Assembly: GCA_001655205.1 (NCBI GenBank)
Contig: LPNZ01008340.1
Coordinates: 1-44,800 of the forward strand
Length of the DNA: 44,800 nt
Direction of reading: 5' to 3'
Origin: Lenisia limosa
Taxonomy: Eukaryota; Protista; Breviatea
Shown here: positions 39,029-44,800 of the stretch, one piece after another
How positions within the stretch are numbered: position 1 is the first letter of the stretch
Layout: each line of letters begins with the position of its first letter
Position numbers and translations under genes: made by a program
Notes under the pieces: model-generated
Seen by the model: only the letters and a program-made list of their open reading frames with translations
The model's database searches: none
Told to the model about the DNA's origin: nothing

Positions 39029-41810
39029 GGCACATGTCCTGAGGGGTCCTACGCCTCGATGGCATCCAAAACTCTTGCCTGCTCCTTTGCTACAGGATGG
39101 AATGAAGTCTTGGAGTGTTTGCCAGGTATAGAGGAGGGGAGTCTCTTGCCAGGTATAGAGGAGGGGAGTCTCTTTTTTTCTCACTTTTGTAATGCAAGGT
39201 GGTGTCATCTGTTCTATTTTCTTGAATATATATATGATATAGTACACTATATAATAAAAAAACAGAATAAAATATGTTGGGTAGTATTTGAAAAACTCAC
39301 AATGGTTAACATGGGGGGAAAAGCAATGTTTAGGAGTGAAAAGGAGAGTAAAGGGGAGTAGGAAGAACTAGCAATGTAGATGGAAATTAACACGGGGTAT
39401 TGTTAGGGCCGATAAATCCATAATTCTGCAATTATTTAACTCTTTTTAGTTTACTGCTCAAATGACTTAGGAACACACGTTTCTTTAACCAATTGTACAG
39501 GAGGTGAGTACGATACCCTTTTCAGTCCATAAATTCAGACCCTAAACTCTTAACTTGACCCACAGCTGAATCCATCTTCGGAACGGTGTGTTCCTTAAAC
39601 TGCACTGAAAGTGGAATGGAATTCAATGGCTCCCCCTTTGCAACATGCGAGACAAATGGCCAGTTTTCTACATCATTTTATTGTGGCAGTGGTAAGCCTT
39701 GCGGATATCCTCCTCCTCGATTTTTCTGATTATGAACCTTTTTGTAATTGTTACAGAATTTAATGTGAAGTCATGTGGCCCTGGAATTGATAACAGGCTT
39801 GGCGATGTAGGTCTTGCAATATTGAAAGGGTCACTATACTGTGAATTTTTAAGAAGTGCTTATTGTTCAGCCATCATCGACAGCTAGCGTCTTGGATGGT
39901 GCATTTTATGATACATCAGCACTCTATTCCAAATTTCACTTCTTTTCATCTCACGATAATGGATTCTGCGGAATTCATAAAGGTGAGAGTATTTGCTGAT
40001 AAAGATTAGGAAGAAATTTGCAAGGTCATTTTTGTAAATATCAAATGTTATATTAAAGAACAGTTTCTTACTCTGTGTTTAGATAATACCCTTGAATGTA
40101 TTGGTAAAAATAACAAATACCAATGTGCGTCCACTGCCTCATCACCCACACTGGTCGTGACTAATAACTTTTTTGTGTCTCTTGGAAAGAAAATCCTCAG
40201 TCTTAATTCTGGATATGACCACTATGCAGTAATCACTGGTATGAGGAGGGGGTATTGTAGAAGATAATATTGTTGGTTTCTAACCTAGCAGAGGATAAAA
40301 AGGTTTACATGTGGGGCAACAACGCCTATAATCAGTTACTGCAAGAAGGAGCCGGCAACCTTGCAGTGCCAACTGAGGTTAGCGGAAGTGTCTTTTGACT
40401 TTTCAGCCGACCATTCCCGTTAGTCGAAGTATTGACCGTCTCTACTTGGGCTACTACCTCACCACGGTGCAATTGGGTAAGCACTCTCATCGTCCTTCAC
40501 TCTTTAGATGATGGGTCATATTATGGAGCGGGATACCAGTCTGGTCAAAGCCTTGGTCGGGACACCATCATTCCTGCCACCTTAGACTTCAGTCTCCCAA
40601 GTGTAGGCCTGTCTATTCTGTTCTTTCAAGACCATATTTTGACCTTCTGTTTGACAGCATATAGGGGAGACCTATTTCTAAATGGATGTCTGAACCTTAC
40701 TTCTCTTCTGCTCTCTCAGGTTTGCAAGGACTGTGACTGTTCTCCACAGCATATTCTTGGGCTCACTGCGCTATAAAGTTGACCAGTCATCCTTTGTGTT
40801 AAATATATGATATCATATGTAACAGAAATAAAACAAGGTTGTTTCTGCGGAATCCATCCACACATCACGCTTTTAAGAGATATTGGATTATAGAATAATG
40901 TATACACCTAATCATTTGCCTTACAACTCTGTGCATATAGTAAATGATATATTCATCATCACTCACATTGAGCATTATCAGGATACATTGAATGAAAAAA
41001 AAAAACTATTAATACACAATTCATTTGTATAATTTTCATGAGGCATGTTCAAACAATATTCATTGATATAATTATATCACAGTTTTGATTTTTTACTCCT
41101 AAGATGACGGCTACTTTCACGGATTGGGAGTTCTTGGTAACGAAGGATGGTGTTCACCACAGAGTTCTGTCTCCACTTTCCAATTGGTACGTTGTTTTTT
41201 TAATTTGAATATATCCCCATTCCAATAACCAAACAGGCCAACAATAATGATGCAAATGAAGTACAAGGCAATGTGAATGATTTCATTTGCAATCTGGACA
41301 ACTGCATATTAATACTGAGTGAGATGGTCTAAAATTCCTTCTTTGAATGAAATCTTAACACTTTAGATTCTGGGAGAATATTTGGATGTGGCAAGAGTGG
41401 TGGATTCCTCTTTTCTGCAGACAAGAAACCTGTATGATTTGTAGCCTGATCATCCATTCTTAGACTGAGGTGACTTCGACAATCTCCAGTAAATGTGGTG
41501 GGACTGTACCCAATTTTGCCAAGTCCAACAACCTCATATTTTACTTCTGGGGACCAAGTATGCGGACTCTTTAGGGTGTAATATTCAGCCTGTGGAGCGT
41601 CCAAGGCGTATGGCTTTTTTTGCGGGGGCAGTGCTGTATCTGAGATGTGCATTTCATCTACGGCAAGTCTTTCAACGGTGTGGAGCGGTGTTATTTGACT
41701 TGTGCTTTTCTCTTTAACAGTTTCAGATCTATGAATTTGATGTGAGCCCCTCAATAGTGAGAGAGGTTGTTACAGACACAACCAATGGCGTTTACATCGC
41801 AGTTGAATAA
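39029..41810 (+). CDS. Protein with Cys-rich sushi-like N-terminal modules and RCC1-like repeats; 5' end unresolved
   Basis: GTCPEGSYASMASKTLACSFATGWNEVLECLP, YCSNDLG...CSLNCTESG...ATCETNGQF, then RCC1-like KKILSLNSGYDHYAVITEDKKVYMWGNNAYNQL, DDGSYYGAGY and DSGRIFGCGKSG. Ends GVYIAVE-TAA (41808-41810). Confidence 0.6.
39119..39172. repeat. Perfect 27-bp tandem duplication containing a CAG|GT splice junction
   Basis: ttgccaggtatagaggaggggagtctc x2; GT donors at 39126 and 39153. Confidence 0.95.
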
Positions 41811-42269
41811 TTATTTTTACACTTATTATTAACCATACTATGTATTATTCTTTTCAAGAGTGATATCAAGGAGGCGCCCAGTGTTTAGCTGTCTCTAAAA
41901 ATATGATAATAATCTACTCCATTACATTACACTAAACTATATTACAATTACCATAAGAAATAAAATAAATAAAGCGACAGATCTTGTTAACACACAGTTT
42001 TTCATTTCCTGGTTGGTAAATACATATTGGATATGAAATATGTATGAGGGCAAAGTTCACACCAACTTTGAATCAAAATTCACACAAAAAAAAAAAAAAA
42101 ATACTNNNNNNNNNNNNNNNNNNNNNNNNNNNNNNNNNNNNNNNNNNNNNNNNNNNNNNNNNNNNNNNNNTTACGAATTAATGGAAGTTAGGTTTCCTCA
42201 ATTCTTATGCTTTGACAATTAAAATGTGAGAGATGTAAAACACCCAATGAGATGGTACCCTACAAACCC

Positions 42270-43290
42270 ATTTTCTTCGTCATCAAGACTCTCCTTTCTT
42301 ATTGTTGTTGTGTACCAGTCTTTGATCCTTTTGGTGTGAGATAAATCAGCCAGCGTTCAAATAAGAGGCTATCAAATCTTACCACACCTTGAGCCTGCTC
42401 TTTCTGCTGTTTGCGTTGTGACTGCTTTGAGTTGGCTTGGTGGCACAGTAATTGACGACAATAAATGAGGACGTTCACCTTCTATTAACTATTACACCAA
42501 AATAGGGAAAATAAATAAAAACGACAACTATCAGCATAGTATTTAACTATATAATGTAAGGATACATATACGTAATATCAATAGAACTTCTTGATTTTGA
42601 CAAAGAAAGTCCCATAAAGCATACGATATTCTTTGTAACGCTTCTGTTCCAAAGCCTTGCGATGCTGGTACATTCCAAACATTGGACCTACGATTGGCAT
42701 GGACAAAAACCGTAGCTCTAGCCTAAAACATCACAATGTGTGGATGAAAAGAACCCCATCAAAGGGTTGTTATTACTGGTATTGTCCTTAGGCTACCATT
42801 GACTCCGTGCATTAACTTTCAAATTTGAAGTGGTTCATAGTGTAACCAGAATGACATTTCAGACACTTAAATGTCAAATTTTGTCAAATAATTTCCAATT
42901 CATTAGAACCCTTGACCTACTCTTCCTTCTTTCTGAAGTAGTGAGCAGTGGCCATGCAAGCAGCCGTGGCAGTAATGAGGTGGAGAATCTTCATCACGCA
43001 CCAGGCCCAAGCTGCATTCATCAGAGTCCTTGCGATTCCAATAGGCCTCAACGGTTCAAAGCAAAACAAAGGAAACCCAAGATGCCCCAAGAGCGGTCAT
43101 ACAGCCATACGTGTCATACCCTGTGTACCTTAAAAAAGAAACAGAGAACAGAAGACTGGAGTGCCTGATAATTCTCTACTCCGAGTTAAACTCAGTTTGG
43201 AATAGAAGGGATACGGGGGGGGGGGGGNNNNNNNNNNNNNNNNNNNNNNNNNNNNNNNNNNNNNNNNNNNGATAAATAACTAAGCGCTGA
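42270..43290 (-). CDS. Small multi-exon gene, possibly a membrane protein; model unresolved
   Basis: GT-AG-bounded open segments such as IARTLMNAAWAWCVMKILHLITATAACMATAHYF, VQCLECTSIARLWNRSVTKNI and VNVLIYCRQLLCHQ. Frames are ambiguous and N-gaps lie at both ends. Confidence 0.3.
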
Positions 43291-43529
43291 AAAATAAAAG
43301 GTGATGATTTGGGGATTGTGGGGGGAAGGGCACAGGCCCGTCCCGGCCTTCTCTTTTGACTTCGTCAGCACACTCCAAGTGCCTTCTTGACTGCCTCTCC
43401 ACTAGTCTCAGTCTCCACTCACACATAAAAACACATAACACACAAAAATAGCACTCTAACACACAAGTGAGACACAAGTCCAAAGCTCCAAACCTCCTCC
43501 AAGCACTACGCCTCAGAAGTAACGATACG

Positions 43530-44800
43530 ATGGCAAGAAAGAAGGGAAAGTCTGCAGACCCTGAAAAGAAGGCCAAGCTCAAAGCTGAAAAGGCATTAAA
43601 GGTTCTATTATTCTTCTGGATATAATTTATTATTAACTTTTCAGGTCCAAGTAAAGGACCAGAAGAAGGCAAAAAAGAAGAAAAACCAGCTTCTTGACGA
43701 TGTTGGTGAAGAAGACATTGAGGCTATCGTTGCACAGCTTGAGAAACAGGTATGTTCACGTTGGTAATGCTATTTGTATTTTTACTATTTTTGAACCCCC
43801 TCCCTTTTTTTAGGATTTAAGTAAGTTAGACACAGGCAGCCTTCCATCTTTGATGTTCTTGTAGCAATCGGAGAAGACAAAGATCACGGTGAAGGCTGAT
43901 GTCAACCCGCCCTCTCCTCGTTTGAACCTCCAAATGGTTCCTCACCCAACCAACACGTAAGGGGATGGAGGTGTCAGATTTTGAGATCAAGAGAATGGAC
44001 AGCAAAAGAAAGCCGAATCTTATTTATTACCCTTTTGTGACTGTAAACTGCCTCTTTCAATTTGAGTTTTATCTCTTGTCTTGAATAGTTTATGTATCCC
44101 CTTCACCATCAGGAATGAGCTCATCTTCTTTGGTGGAGAATTCTACAATGGAAAGGCTGTCAAAATGTTTGACGAAGTTCACAGGTTGGCAGCAGTAAAA
44201 TAATACTCTTGCCTTGGAGCAACGTTTTGACGTTGTAGATACAACACGGACAAGAAGAAGTGGTCCATGGTGAAATCGAAGAATTGCCCGACCCGTCGCT
44301 CTGCCCATCAAATGGCCTCTGTAACTCCAAACCAGGTGAGAAGCTGGGGGTTATCTTTATCTTTCTCTGTTGCAAAGAGAGTGGCATTGATTTAGCAATA
44401 GGTCTGGCTCTTTGGCGGAGAGTTTACGTCACCTTCCGAGTCCCAGTTTTACCATTTCAATGACACGTGGATGTTCGATCTTAGTGACAATTCTTGGTTA
44501 GCTCGCCGGATAATTGGGCGTTTCTCTCTTCAAACTGTTTTTTTTTGTGAAAATTCTTTTCTGACAAAGGGGTTTCTCACACGGTCAGGACGAAAACCGA
44601 TTGCAAAGGACCAAGTGCGCGTTCAGGTAGGCGTGCTCTTTTGTGTGACGCATAGGCCACAGGATGGTGAGCATCGGGAAGCACGTAGTCTTGTTTGGCG
44701 GCTTCTACGACAACGGCCAAGACCCCAAGTATTTCAATGATACGTGGATCTTGGACACTGAGAAGACCGAATGGACCAAAGTGAGGGGCTCCCCCCCCCC
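43530..44800 (+). CDS. KLHDC4: Kelch domain-containing protein 4 (Kel3-like), 5' part; runs off the window
   Basis: MARKKGKSADPEKKAKLKAEK..., EEDIEAIVAQL, PPSPRLN, NELIFFGGEFYNGK, WLFGGEFTSPSESQFYHFNDTW and LFGGFYDNGQDPKYFNDTW. Confidence 0.93.

Overview
Gene-dense, intron-rich nuclear DNA of a microbial eukaryote. It uses the standard genetic code and short GT-AG introns (mostly ~30-110 nt); a lineage such as Amoebozoa is my inference only. The ORF track is largely uninformative, so I assembled gene models by hand from splice sites and reading phase. In order: partial unknown gene (-), bacterial-type SMI1/KNR4 (SUKH) protein (+), MSH4 with a long Ser/Pro-rich C-terminal tail (-), head-to-head with a 13-intron cytosolic HSP70 (+) whose longest intron holds a candidate box C/D snoRNA, tRNA-His(GTG), PITH-domain protein (+), Gemin5 (-), TMEM164-like protein (+), stand-alone 'Sensor'-domain membrane protein (-), TPR-like protein (+), IMP4 (+), a divergent AIF-like flavoprotein (-) whose 576-nt intron holds a MITE-like element and an antisense coding-like remnant, a Lys/Glu-rich protein (-), a hypothetical gene with a 24-bp repeat carrying splice donors (+), a Cys-rich/RCC1-repeat protein (+), a poorly resolved membrane protein (-) and the 5' part of KLHDC4 (+). 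I found no CRISPR array, autonomous transposon, virus or altered genetic code. Family assignments rest on remembered motifs, not on database searches.
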